Assembly (NCBI GenBank): GCA_950097015.1
Contig: CATNEN010000024.1
Location: 1,984,001-2,048,000 of the forward strand
Source: Macrostomum hystrix
Lineage: Eukaryota > Animalia > Platyhelminthes
Reading direction: 5' to 3'
Length of the DNA stretch: 64,000 nt
In this document: positions 1 through 12,478 of the stretch, in pieces
How positions within the stretch are numbered: the stretch's first letter is position 1
Layout of the letters: every line of letters starts with the position of its first letter
Translations under genes and position numbers: made by a program
Notes under the pieces: model-generated
The model's input: only the letters and a program-made list of their open reading frames with translations
Database searches by the model: none
Told to the model about the DNA's origin: nothing

Positions 1-49
1 CCATTGCCCGCAGCCCTCCTGCAATTATTATTATTATTATTATTATTAT
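1..49 (+). mobile_element. 3' end and (ATT)n tail of the tRNA-derived SINE family (truncated by window start)
   Basis: ccattgcccgcagccctcctgcaattattatt... matches, with 1 mismatch, the reverse complement of the SINE 3' end at about 12113-12153. Confidence 0.8.
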
Positions 50-591
50 CCTGACACTCTTCGTACAACCCTTTGCTGACACTCTTCGTATGACCCTGTG
101 CTGACACTCTTCGTATGACCCAATCCTGACACTCTTCGTCTGACCCTGTCCTGGCACTCTTCGTATGACCCTGTCCTGACACTCTTCGTACAACCCTGTG
201 CTGACACTCTTCGTATGACCCCATCCTGACCTTCTTGCATGACCCTATCCTATCCTTCTTGTCTGACCCTATCCTGACCTTTTTGTATGACCCTATCCTG
301 ACCTTCGTGTATGACCCTATCCTGACCTTCTTGTCTGACCCCATCCTGACCTTCTTGTCTGACCCTATCCTGACCTTCGTGTATGACCCTATCCTGACCT
401 TCGTGTATGACCCTATCCTGACCTTCGTGTATTACCCTATCCTTACCTTTTTGTATGACCCTATTCTGACCTTCTTGTCTGACCCCATCCTGACCTTCGT
501 GTCTGACCCCATCCTGACCTTCGTGTATGACCCTATCCTGACCTTCTTGTATGACCCTATCCTGACCTTTTTGTATGACCCTATCCTGACC
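50..591. repeat. Minisatellite, 24-25 bp unit (gaccctatcctgaccttcgtgtat), ~22 copies
   Basis: Direct tandem periodicity; the unit drifts from a 25-bp form (…ctgacactcttcgtat) to a 24-bp form. Confidence 0.95.
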
Positions 592-1524
592 TCACAGGAC
601 CATGTAGTCATCAATGATGGAACTCGGTGTGAAATGCATTGCAGTCTAATAATTGAAAGTAATAACTATACACTGTTGTTTTGCTGTACCAGTTGCACTA
701 ATTTGTCATGAACAATAAGTAAAGCCTATTTGGTCAGCCAAAAAATCTAGTTTTTGTTTTTGATTTTGTAATTATTCGGAAGTTTCTGCTATTTTTTATA
801 TTTTTTCATGCCGATTCTCATATTTTCGTGTGTTTTTATGTTACATTGTGATCAAATTGAATGTTTTGCTATCTGTCTGCACTAAATTGAATGCTTCTTT
901 CTTAATTATTTTACGAGTACTTATCTATTAAAAACCTTGTTTTTTGTTTTTCAATACATATCGGCTTACTGTGGGCTTTGAATTTTGTACTACAACAGCA
1001 GCACGCGTTGTTTTTGGGTACTTATGTATATAAAATCTTAGCTTCAACATGTTCTTGTCCAAAGAAGATTTTAATTTCGTGATTTCAATCAACTCGTGCT
1101 TTGCTAATTATGGTTTAGCTTCTGGGGTTGGTGATTTTTTAATCTAACACAAATTCTTACTCTGTTCAGATTGGCAGGTAGATTAGCCTTAGTTTGTTAA
1201 TTTTATTCGCCAATATTGTATAGTCACACAGCGTAAGCATTAAATTTTGCACAGGAAATTGTCAAACTTGTTTTGTATCCCTGTACAAAGTATTTGTTGA
1301 CTATTTTTGCATACTGTGCGAAGAATTTCACTTAATAATATAATGTCAGAATGTTTTTATTTTTTTTATCAGTGGCAATTACTATCTTCCTCCTGTCTTC
1401 TTCTTTGACATTAGTTGATAGAAATGCTTCTTGTTACTTTTTAGAATTGGAATTAGATGTGGCAAATTTCTGTTTGCTTGTTTTTTAGAGGCTGTATACA
1501 GGCTGTAGAAATATTTCAAGCTCA

Positions 1525-1700
1525 AAGGTCAAGGGTTCGATTCCCGACTTTAGAAAATGTGCGTCTTTTAGCAAGACACTTGACTCTGCGTTGCTTCAGT
1601 TCGCCCAGCTGTTAAATGGGGATTAGCATTACTTCGGGCTTTGATTGAGGATGGGTGTGGCGTCTCCCCAGTCCATGGACTGAACAGCGCAATAGCTGCA
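1525..1700 (+). mobile_element. Decayed SINE-like relic of a second family (B-box, then CORE-like segment)
   Basis: ggttcgattccc (pol III B-box), then gcaagacacttgac...cagctgttaaatgggg resembling a SINE CORE domain. The 3' part shares exact 16-bp and 13-bp words with 57602-57657. Confidence 0.45.
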
Positions 1701-1987
1701 ATTAGGGCGGGTGTAAGCTGTCATGGTTATTACTTCACAGGCAGTGTAGGCAGACTGCAGTCATGTCTGTACACAGATTATTTAGCTAGTACACAGACCC
1801 TTGCGCCCCATCTCCGCAGTTGCAGCACACCAGATCTCACCTGTGGCGCTATTGCTGGCGGCGTCACTTTGCTAGCGCCCATAGAAGCTCAGCGAATAGC
1901 GGCGGCGCCAAGGATGACAGAAGTGCAGGTGGCCACCTGCAGCACCTTGGCCCGCTGAGTGAGACCACGGTCAACTCAGACAGTTGG

Positions 1988-3577
1988 ATGCACAGGGCCC
2001 TGTACAATGGGGTCAGATTTCGTATGCGCTACTATCTCAGCCCCGTGTCTGGCAATCGGCACACCAAGCCTCACGCCATATTCGTCCTGCTGGCCCCGTT
2101 CGGCCAGGGCTACGCCGAGGTTGAAGGCCTCGGCCGCTGTCTGGAGGCCGCCGGCCACCGGGTGCTCCTGCCGCTCTGGCCCAGCCACGGCTCGCCTGGC
2201 TGCAGCTCCAAGGACGAGCGGGTGAGACTGGCCGTGTGCTCGGAATCGATTTGAATACTGACCTCTGACCCACTGACCTCTAACCCACTGACCTCTGACC
2301 CACTGACCTCTGACCCACTGACCTCTGACCCACTGACCTCTGACCCACTGACCTCTGACCCACTGACCTCAAACCCACTGACATCTGACCCACTGACATC
2401 TGACCCACTGACCTCTGACCCACTGACCTCTAACCCACTGACCTCTGACCCACTGACCTCTAACCCACTGACCTCTGACCCACTGGCCTCTGACCCACTG
2501 ACCTCTAACCCACTGACCTCTAACCCACTGACCTCTAACCCACTGACCTCTAACCCACTGACCTCTAACCCACTGACCTCTGACCCACTGACCTCTAACC
2601 CACTGACATCTGACCCACTGACCTCTGACCCACTGACCTCTGACGACCCACTGGCATCTGACCACTGACCTGTGACCCACTAATATCTCATCCAAATTTT
2701 TTACTGATTAACTACTGACCCAGTTTTCACCTGGCGCTCGTCACCGCCGCCTTCCTTGTGCCAGGTGTTCTCCTACTCGGCCATGGAGAACGCCATGCTG
2801 CTGCGTCACCTGCTGCAGTCCCGGAGCCTCCGCGCACTGCCCTCCCGCCCGTTGCTGGTTGTGGCCTCCGGTCAGGCCTGCTGGCCTGCAGTGGCCCTGG
2901 CCGCCCTGTCCCCGGAGCTGCTGGCTGGCGCTGTACTAGTCTCGCCTGGCAGCCCGGACCCGCTGCCCAGCAGGTCCGCCCTGTGGCTACTGGCCGACCT
3001 CACCGCGGGCCTGTGGTCGCACGCCATGCTGTGGCCTATCGCCGCCGCTGCCATAACCCTATCGATGCCGTTTATCAACTGGCCGCCTCTGATTGGTCCG
3101 CAGCGTTTGCGCCTGCGAGCCTATCATCTGATGGGCCTGCGGCACCGCGAATCGGACAATGGGCGCGCATTGGCCAGGTCGATTCGCTGCACCACAATGC
3201 ACATTGCCGCCCTGGCGGCCGAGCGCAGCCAACTGCTGCCGGTGCTGCCAGATGAGCCGGTGAAATGGAGCGACAATCCGCAGCAGCTCCTGATGCTGTC
3301 CAATAGGCTGGCTGTCACTGGCTGGCCGCATCCGGCTGGCTCATTTGGTCCCAGCGTTCGCTTCGCCAACTTCCTCACCCGGCTAGCCGTGCACTGCGGC
3401 AGGAGCGCCGGCTCCACCGCTGCCGCTGCGGCCAACTCGCTGGCTTCGATCAATCAGAGCGCTTTTGCCGCAGCAGCCGCTTCCGCCTCCGCTGCCACCG
3501 CGGCCGCTTCTGCTTCCACCGCGAACTCAAAATTCACTAGCACTAATATTAAGCGGACTTCTTCTAGCGCTGCTTAG
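1988..3577 (+). CDS. Alpha/beta-hydrolase-fold protein (ABHD-like, divergent), ~348 aa, exons 1988-2221 and 2765-3577
   Basis: Phase-0 GT..AG intron joins PSHGSPGCSSKDER|VFSYSAMENAMLLRHLL, the usual GHGxS...YS...A.D..LL region. It is followed by LVVASGQACWPAVALAALSPELLAGAVLVSP (strand-elbow-helix-strand). The start may lie further upstream. Confidence 0.7.
2257..2681. repeat. Intronic minisatellite, 15-bp unit (ctgacctct[g/a]accca), ~28 copies
   Basis: Tandem periodicity; fills most of the 543-nt intron 2222-2764. Confidence 0.95.
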
Positions 3578-3675
3578 CAACAGCTTATTGCTTGATCTTC
3601 TCTGTTCTATATTTAATATTGTCAAGGAATGATTTTCGCTATGTTGTTCGATGACTACAGTAGCCTCTTTTCCGC

Positions 3676-4290
3676 TCTCCGCTGTCCGCTTTGGGATTTC
3701 CCTTCATTCCCCTTTCGGCTGTCCACTTTAGGATTTGCCTCCATTCCCCTCTCCGTTATCTGTTTTGGGATTTCCCTTCATTCCACTCGGCTGTCCACTT
3801 TGAGATTTCCCTCCATTTCCGTCTCCACTATCCGCTTTGGGATTTTCCTCCATTCCACTCGGCTGTCCACTTTGAGATTTTTCCTCCATTCCACTCTCCA
3901 CTATCCGCTTTGGGATTTTCCTCCATTCCACTCGGCTGTCCACTTTGAGATTTTTCCTCCATTCCACTCTCCACTATCCGCTTTGGGATTTTCCTCCATT
4001 CCACTCGGCTGTCCACTTTGAGATTTTTCCTCCATTCCACTCTCCACTATCCGCTTTGGGATTTCCCTCCATTCCACTCTCCACTATCCGCTTTGGGATT
4101 TCCCTCCATTCCACTCTCCACTATCCGCTTTGGGATTTCCCTCCATTCTTCTCTCCACTATCCGCTTTGGGATTTCCCTCCATTCCACTCTCCACTATCC
4201 GCTTTGGGATTTCCCTCCATTCCCCTCTCCACTATTTGCTTTTGGATTCCCCTCTCCGTTTCCTTTCCCTTTCCCCTCTCCGCTGTCCCT
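3676..4290. repeat. Minisatellite, ~36-37 bp unit (tccactatccgctttgggattttcctccattccactc) with variants
   Basis: Tandem periodicity just downstream of the hydrolase stop codon. Confidence 0.9.
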
Positions 4291-4789
4291 GGGATATTTT
4301 CGCACGCCTGTTTTCTTTTTGAGTTGTAGTTGGTTGTCCTGAAACTGATGTTATCAATATAGTGTTATATATTTCTAGATAAGAGACTGTGCATTCTAGG
4401 TAAATAATTAAATTTAGCCTGCAGATTTACATTTTAGAAAAGCCGAGGCCATTTAGAAAATGGTTTCATTTTTTCTTCTGCTCAACCGCAAGTTTATTCT
4501 CGTGTCGTTGCGCAAAATATTTGTCTTATATAATAAAATTGTTCTGGCCTGACGAAAATAAAACAGACCCTGCAGTGAAATAAGCGCATTTTTATGCTGT
4601 TTCTTAGTGTCACATCAAGAATCTTATTGTCTTCCTTGTCTTGTTTGAAGATGACATACTGAATGATTTACCACCTTTTATTTAACACCTGCTTCATTTA
4701 ATTTCCCTTCATTCCCTCTCGGCTGTCCGCATTTGGATTTCCCTCAATTCTTCTCTGCCTCACACCACTCGCTTCAGAGAATTAGGGCT

Positions 4790-5580
4790 CTCACCTCACG
4801 CCCTGCCCCGCCCCCACTCCAGTCGACGCCTTTGTACATTCTATCCACTTCAATTCTACCGATCTCAGCACCCACCTCACGCCCTGCCCCGTCCCCACTC
4901 CAGTCGACGCCTTTGTACATTCTATCCACTTCGATTCTACCCATCTCAGCACCCACCTCACGCCCTGCCCCGTCCCCACTCCAGTCGACGCCTTTGTACA
5001 TTCTATCCACTTCAAATTCTACCGATCTCAGCACCCACCTCACGCCCTGCCCCGTCCCCACTCCAGTCGACGCCTTTGTACATTCTATCCACTTCGATTC
5101 TACCCATCTCAGCACCCACCTCACGCCCTGCCCCGTCCCCACTCCAGTCGACGCCTTTGTACATTCTATCCACTTCAAATTCTACCGATCTCAGCACCCA
5201 CCTCACGCCCTGCCCCGTCCCCACTCCAGTCGACGCCTTTGTACATTCTATCCACTTCGATTCTACCCATCTCAGCACCCACCTCACGCCCTGCCCCGTC
5301 CCCACTCCAGTCGACGCCTTTGTACATTCTATCCACTTCAATTCTACCGATCTCAGCACCCACCTCACGCCCTGCCCCGTCCCCACTCCAGTCGACGCCT
5401 TTGTACATTCTATCCACTTCGAATCTACCCATCTCAGCACCCACCTCACGCCCTGCCCCGTCCCCACTCCAGTCGACGCCTTTGTTCATTCTATCCACTT
5501 CGATTCTACCGATCTCAGCACCCACCTCACGCCCTGCCCCGTCCCAACTCTAGTCGACGCCTTTGTACATTCTATCCGCT
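4790..5580. repeat. Tandem repeat, 81/82-bp unit, ~10 copies
   Basis: Unit starts at 4869, 4950, 5032; each copy contains gtcgac and usually tgtaca. Confidence 0.95.
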
Positions 5581-5936
5581 TTATCTGGTTTTCTTTCCTA
5601 CCCCTCACAACACCCATCCAACGCCCTATAGCCTTGCCATGGTTGGCGCCTCACAATGGAGAGCAGAAGCAAAAGAAAATCTAAATATTGATAAAAAATC
5701 TTACTAACTTTCGTGTTTAATTTGGAATGTCATCGCTTAAAGTCGAAAGATATTAGGATGATTATAGTAAGGATCATGCACATTTGTCGGCTTATCAATT
5801 TAAATTTAAACAAAGAGCTTGGTATATTTCGCTAGTAAAACACTGGACACTCAAAGAGCACTTTCGAAATGCGTCTATTAATGAGCACAATAGGTTTAAT
5901 AAATCGAATGGCCCCGATAAAAGTAAACTGATTAGC

Positions 5937-8900
5937 CTAGATCAGCGGTGGAACATCGGGGTCGTCAACAAAATCAGCGGAGTTTGGCCGCTCCTCAGCA
6001 GCCGCAGGCCGCTGCGGGCCAGCTCGGCCTTTTCTGCCTATATCGGCGACGCCATCCACGGGCAGCACACGAAGATCGACGCCGCCGCGCCGGCTGGACT
6101 CGTCAACCTCGAGGTAGGCGCGCTGCTGCCCGCTGGTCGGCTTAGCGTCGACATCGGCCTTCGGCGCAGGCGGCTTGGAGGCCTTCGAGGCTGGCGGATC
6201 GAGCTTCTTCTTCAGCGCTTCTCCGTGCGCCTTCGGCATTGTGACCAGCAGGTGGCCGGTGGTGGTAGATCTCGAGGCCGATGACTCGCCAGTGCGGACT
6301 TCACCAGGCAGGGCCAGCTGCAGCAGGTGGCCCTTGACGGTGACGCGCACGTACTGGGGCTGAACGTCGCAGTCGATAAGGCTGGTGTCCATGTGCCTGG
6401 GCGGGCGAGTGCGGCTGCAGACTCAGATCCCATCCAACTCCCTCAGATCCCCTCCAACTCTCTCAGATCCCCTTCAACTCCGTCAGATCCCATCCAAGTC
6501 ACTCAAATCCCATCCAACTCCCACAGATCCCATCCAACTCACTCAGATCCCCTCCAACTCCCTTAGATCCTATCCAACTCTCTCAGATCCCCTCCAACTC
6601 CCTCAGATCCCATCCAACTCCCTCAGATCCCATCCAACTCCCTCAGATCCCATCCAACTCCCTTAGATCCCATCCAACTCCCTCAGATCCCATCCAAGTC
6701 CCCCAGATCCCATCCAACTCCCTTAGATCCCATCCAACTCCCTTAGATCCCATCCAACTCCCTCAGATCCCATCCAAATCACTCAGATCCCCTCCAACTC
6801 CCTCAGATCCCATCCAACTCACTCAGATCCCATCCAAGTCCCAAACATCCCACCTAAACTCCCTTACAAATCCACTTACTTAAACACAGCAACGTCAAGC
6901 ACGTAGGCATTGTTCTCCTCATCGTCGGTGAGTGTGAAGTCAAGCCTGCGCGATTTGGTTCAGAATGGCGTTATTAACAATGTGATAATTTAGCTAATCT
7001 CGGTTACTAACTTACTTCGCTTCGTTGATGTTGTAGGGTCGGCCGTCAGGAAAGAACAACGGGTGTTCTTTGGGAGCCGGTTTCTCGCTGCAAGGGAAAT
7101 ATGAAGTTCTGAAAATACGAGCTTAGAAATTGCCTTCGAGATCGCGAATCGCGAATTTGAACTCGCAAAACTCACGGCTCCGGATTCTCTCGGCGCCGCT
7201 TCTCCTGCATGAACTCGTGCGTCTCAATGCGCGACTCTGGCGTGTAGGCCACCTTCTCTTGCATGAACCTGCGGTATGTTAAAACAGCACTGCTTTTTGG
7301 AGGGATGGTGGTGGCGGGGGGCAGAGGCTAAAGTAGACTGGTAAAATCTCTAAGCCGAGTCCCCCTACAGCCGAATCCTACTCACTGCTCATCCAGAGCG
7401 GCCCCGGCAGCCTTGAGTCGGTCCCGTTCTCTCTGCCTATCAGCTGCTTCGAGTCGCTCAGCTTCGCGCTTTCGCAGCCAATCACTTTGGGCCTGCACCG
7501 TGCGCTCGTAGATAAACGGATAGTTCTGCGGTGGGGGAGACGACAGAATCGATTTCTGATCATTTTGCGCACATCTGTGTCTGAATTGCATTTGTAAAAA
7601 TCTGTACAAAATGCATCTGCTTGCTTATAAGGTGAGACTGGGGTAGTGGCGAAATGGCAGCGGCGCAATTGGGGATTTGGGAGCGCAACTAAGGATTTGG
7701 GAGTTCCACAAAATATTTTGGAAGCACAACTGGAGGAGTGTCACTTGGGGGGTTTAGGAGCGAACTGGGGATTTGGAAGTGACACTTGGGATTTGGAGCG
7801 CCACTCTGGATTCGGAAGCGCCCTTTGGGATTTAGGAGCGCCACTGGGACTTGGGAGCGCCACTTGGGGGGTTGGGAGTGAACTGGGGATTTGGGAACGC
7901 TACTTGGGATTCGGGAACGCCACTGGGGGGTTGGGAGTGAACTGGGGATTTGGGAACGCTACTTGGGATTCCGGAACGCCACTGGGGGTTGGGAGTGAAC
8001 TGGGGATTTGGGAACGCTACTTGGGATTCCGGAACGCCACTGGGGGTTGGGAGTGAACTGGGGATTTGGGATGGGAGTGCCACTTGGGATTTGGGAACGC
8101 CACTGCGGGGTTGGTAGTGAACTGGGGATTTGGGAGTGATACTTTGGATTTGGGAACGCCACTGGGGGGTTGGTAGTGAACTAGGGATTTGGGAGTGCCA
8201 CTTGGGATTTGAAAGTGACACTTTGGATTTGGGAGTGCCACTTGGGATTTGAAAGTGACACTTTGGATTTGGGAGTGCCACTTGGGATTTGAAAGTGACA
8301 CTTTGGATTTGGGAGTGCCACTTGGGATTTGAAAGTGACACTTGGGATTTGAAAGTGACACTTTGGATTTGGGAGTGCCACTTGGGATTTGAAAGTGACA
8401 CTTTGGATTTGGGAGTGCCACTTGGGATTTGAAAGTGACACTTTGGATTTGAAAGTGACACTTGGAATTTGGAGCGCGACTCTGGATTCGGAAACGCCCT
8501 TTGGGATTTGGGAGCGCCACTTGGGCTTTCGGAACGCCACTGGGATTTGGGAACGCCACTGGGGGGGTTGGGAGTGAACTGGGGATTTGGGAGCGCCACT
8601 TGGGATTTGAGAGCGCCAAAAGACCCGGCCCCGGACCGAAGAGACCCGAGCTCGAATCTCGGGTCAAAGAGATCAATGAAAACTGCTGCAGCTTCACCTG
8701 CTGAGTTGTGACGCGCTCTGATCGGCTGATCTCTTCGCCGTCGAGATACTGAAATTCGGGTGGGTTTTGAGCTCGGAAACATTCTTAGATGATTTGCCAA
8801 TTATTTGAAGGAAAAAAACTGGAAATCTACAAGTCACCTTGAGCTGCGGCAGAGTGCTAATTACGAAATCCCGATAGGAGTCGAACTGAGCACACGGATT

Positions 8901-9666
8901 GCCAGTCAGGTAGAGTTCCCGCAGGTTAATCAGATTCTTCAAGTTGGCCAGAGACAGAATGTCGCCAATGAAGTTCACAGTTAGGTCTAGTTTGGTCAGC
9001 GACTCGCAACCCTCCAGATTCTCGACCCGTTCGATGTTGTTCAGAGCCAAGTTTAGGTACTCCAGCTTCTTAAGTCGGCCTACATTTTCTGTCAGGATTA
9101 AAAAGTCACAATAGATATTATGCTTGAGCTCCATTTCAGCTTTTTTAATTAAGCTGGTGTTTTTTAACTCTAATTCATTTAACTACGACTGTTGCTCTTC
9201 TCATAGTAGTATGTGAAGGACATTAGAGTGCAAAAGCCTGCAGAATCAATTTATTTTAAGTTTGGTCGCCATGAACACATTCTAAAGCCGATGAATAAAA
9301 ACCAATATTGCTAAAAAGGCCTCACCGATTTTGCCAATAAGATTGCTCTGCAGATAAAGTATCTTTAGATCGCGGCACCATTTATCGAGGTGTTCGATTC
9401 TAAAATTATATATATTTAAGTTAAATTGAGCAGCACAGTTTATTTATTTTGTTTGTTCAAAACTTTTAGAAAGAAATATTTTGCTCTGCTCACTTCTCAA
9501 TATCCTGTTGATGAAGCGAGAGTTCCTCGAGGGTGCAAATCTGGCATTCATTGTGCTCGGCTCTTCTCCTTACCAGATCCTCTGTAACTGCATGTAAATA
9601 TATAAACTATAGAAGACTTAAACTGTAAAACCGATTTACGCAATTCAAAAACTTACTTCGCACCAT
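5937..9666 (-). CDS. LRRC6: Dynein axonemal assembly factor 11 / LRRC6, 436 aa. Exons (minus): 9666-9657, 9587-9494, 9399-9326, 9088-8838, 8748-8698, 7525-7386, 7268-7176, 7087-7016, 6945-6880, 6396-5937
   Basis: All introns are GT-AG and the summed CDS of 1311 nt is in frame. The translation [108 protein letters not shown] matches LRRC6 hallmark motifs (LRRs, CS domain, C-terminal VPPLI). Confidence 0.96.
6422..6850. repeat. Intronic minisatellite, 20-bp unit (cagatcccatccaactccct), ~21 copies
   Basis: Fills most of the last LRRC6 intron (6397-6879). Confidence 0.95.
7668..8612. repeat. Intronic complex minisatellite, ~20/40-bp units (cacttgggatttgggagtgc / gaaagtgacactttggattt)
   Basis: Fills most of LRRC6 intron 7526-8697. 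Confidence 0.9.
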
Positions 9667-12112
9667 CGTAGGAATATTTTATTGTAGTTTGTTTGCTGGA
9701 ATGTGGAATAAATGTCAATTAAGTTCTCAATTTAAATAGCACAAACGCATGTAGTCATTTTTTGCATTAGGGTGTAGCTAAATGAATAGCAAAAACATCT
9801 AAATTAAATATAAAGTGTTAACTATATATTTAATCTATGGATATATAAATGTCTGCAACACAATATTGCTACTACTCAATATCGCTTATAAAAACTCTTG
9901 GTTAAGGTAAAACCGCTATAAACTTTCCACGATTCTACATATCTAGTCTAATAATTTTATTGTTATCCTCAAATCATTTGTCATAAACAAAGCTGATTTT
10001 TTACTTTGACAATATCAAAGTCAGCAGCAAAAATGAATTGTAAATGAAAGCTTGTAGCTAAAAAACACAGATACTGGATTTGTACAGACAAAACTTTAAA
10101 TTTTTTATATTTTCATAGCAAAAAAAAATTAACTTCTTAGACTCACTTATGAATTTGCTTTAGCTATTACTACTTTTATATTTTAGTTCGGTTATTTGAA
10201 ACTAGCTAATAATTTTTTAACGGTTTCCATTCCCCGGTGAAGGAGTTTTTTGGATTCAAAAATTACAGATTGACATTTCAACAGACTTTTAGATGTAAAG
10301 AATTCTTAGATATATTGAAAATCTACAAATTTTGTGTGGCTTTAAACTTTTTATTTAAACCTATCTTTACATCATAAAATTACGTAAAACAGCGGTAAAA
10401 TTGCAGCAAAAAACTTAGGTACAAGTTTTCATAATTATTCTTCGCTAGTATAAAAGCGGCCCAAAAAAGCAGCACCACGATCTAAAAATTCCAACAATTT
10501 CACATAAGTTGAAATGTCACACGAAATCAATCATTTATTTAAATTCAAGAATTGTGTTCTGAACTGACAAAAATGATTGAAAATATTATAACATTTAACT
10601 TAAGCACTGATCAAAACTTTTTTAAAACATACGCATACATATTTTTTGTTAAAGCGTTGGCTGGCGCAAAAAAATCCGGATTTAATCTGTGCATTTATTT
10701 TTTGCGCTGAACCCACTGTTACCAGTCAGTATTCTGTCATATATCATCGAAAAAATCTACCAAACCGTGTTTTCTTATTTTGCGCAAATTTTTATTAGAT
10801 TTTGAGCTAATTTCAAATCGTTTGGTTTCGTTTCTAAATGGAGCGTTTATTAGAGCAAGAACACGTGGGAATTCCATAGTGCAGCACAAAGCGCAGCTTT
10901 TATTTCCGGTTTTGGTCAAATTCCAATTCAATACAATGCATGAAATTACTTGATATACTTCTTTAAGTTTATTCTTAAGCTTAATTATATATGTGTATTA
11001 TTCAGAAAGAGCAAACGATGACAGCATGCGTGTAAATAGACATATTCGTCAAAACTATACGAGTTAGAAATTCGCATTACAGCAGAGCATAGGAAAGCTA
11101 AATATAGACGAGGCAGAGAGTGTGAAAAATAAATACAAAAAACTAAGATACTAAAGAAATTATAACAAAATCCATATATGTGTCGACAATGAAAGGAAAC
11201 GAATTGGGTGTAATCCATTGGATTACCGAAATATTCATTTGCGTCAAATAAAGTTAACGAATTATTACAAGGCACAGTCTGTAGATACTATATAGTATAG
11301 GAAGTTTTTTAAGCGTATTGAATACCCGTTCAGACGCGAGGCGAGGCCCATTTTATTTATACTACGCTTGTACTCGTCAAACGCATAGCTGCATGCATTG
11401 GCCACAATAATAAGTTATTTGTACTTTTAGCTACACCAGCATGCAAAGATTTCAATGTTGCCCTTTTGAAACGTAGTGGTTAAAATAATACCGCGTATAT
11501 TGCAGCATTCTATACTATGTTCTAAAATATAGGATTTCAAAGTCATTAGACTTGTTCACGCGTCTGGATGCAATAGTCGAATTCTAACAACTGTAGGAAA
11601 TGTAAATATTTTTATGACCGCGTATTAAAGCAAGCTGTAAAAGTTTTGAAATCTTTGAAGAACAACTGGCAAGTATTGCTGCGACTATTGATGATGCTAT
11701 CGACTGAAATGTCCGACTTCCACCGCTGCAGTGCCACCAGAAAATATTAAGAAGCCATCCTGCAGCTCTAGACCTTGCTTGCTGGCTTAACACACGTCAA
11801 AGGATCGAATAACACGATCAGTTTCCTGGCGAATCCCTGCGAAAAGCCATCCGCCTGACTGCTTGTCAGTAGCTGCATGGCTGTGCGACACTGAATTCAG
11901 CAAGAATGACACGCGCACTGACCTCGAACTGACAGAAATGCGTCAGCTAATGCTGTTCGAGGGCAAGAGAATGTACTTTTAGTTTCTCGGCCGCAAGGTG
12001 ACACGAGAGGAAGCAAGACAAAGTGGGAAAATCTGAAAAAAAAACTCGATTGAAATTAGATCTTGGTCGGTTGAAACTTGGTACAAGAAGTGGATAAAGT
12101 ACAATTAGGATA

Positions 12113-12478
12113 ATAATAATAATAATAATTGCAGGAGGGCTGCGGGCAGTGGCACATCACTTAGTGACACTAGACCCGCAGCCAGCGAGGAGGCAATTCT
12201 GCCCATTTCGCTGACTCCTGAGCACACACGCACACAGATACTGTACGCAGGCATACGCTCACACAGGTGTGTACATCTGCCCTGACTTTCTTATTGTCAG
12301 GCAGTGTACATTTCACTGTGCCTTGGAGGTTGGCCCTCAAGGGCGTAAATTGCACGACAAGCCCCCAAGCCTTCTCTCCGCGGCTGTGCCCAAAATAAAT
12401 GTGGCCTCGCCGTGGAATCGAACTTAGGGACCGTGGTGCGAGAGGCAAACGCGATAACCGCTCTGCCATCGACCCCCT
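12113..12478 (-). mobile_element. Full-length tRNA-derived SINE (~365 bp) with (ATT)n tail and 14-bp TSD
   Basis: On the minus strand: A-box TGGCAGAGCGG, B-box GTTCGATTCC and an (ATT)n tail. Identical flanks gtacaattaggata at 12099-12112 and 12479-12492. Other copies at 1-49, 40495-40690 and 61668-61760. Confidence 0.9.

Noticed and set aside
592-711. Possible terminal exon after ctgacctcacag (DHVVINDGTRCEMHC...)
   Set aside because: The acceptor is plausible, but there is no recognisable protein and no upstream exon inside the window.
10700-12000. Short ORFs of 64-96 aa in AT-rich DNA upstream of LRRC6
   Set aside because: No recognisable motifs or consistent splice structure; may be TE debris.
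12400-12478. tRNA gene
   Set aside because: A and B boxes are present, but they form the head of a SINE with body, tail and TSD, not a complete cloverleaf gene.
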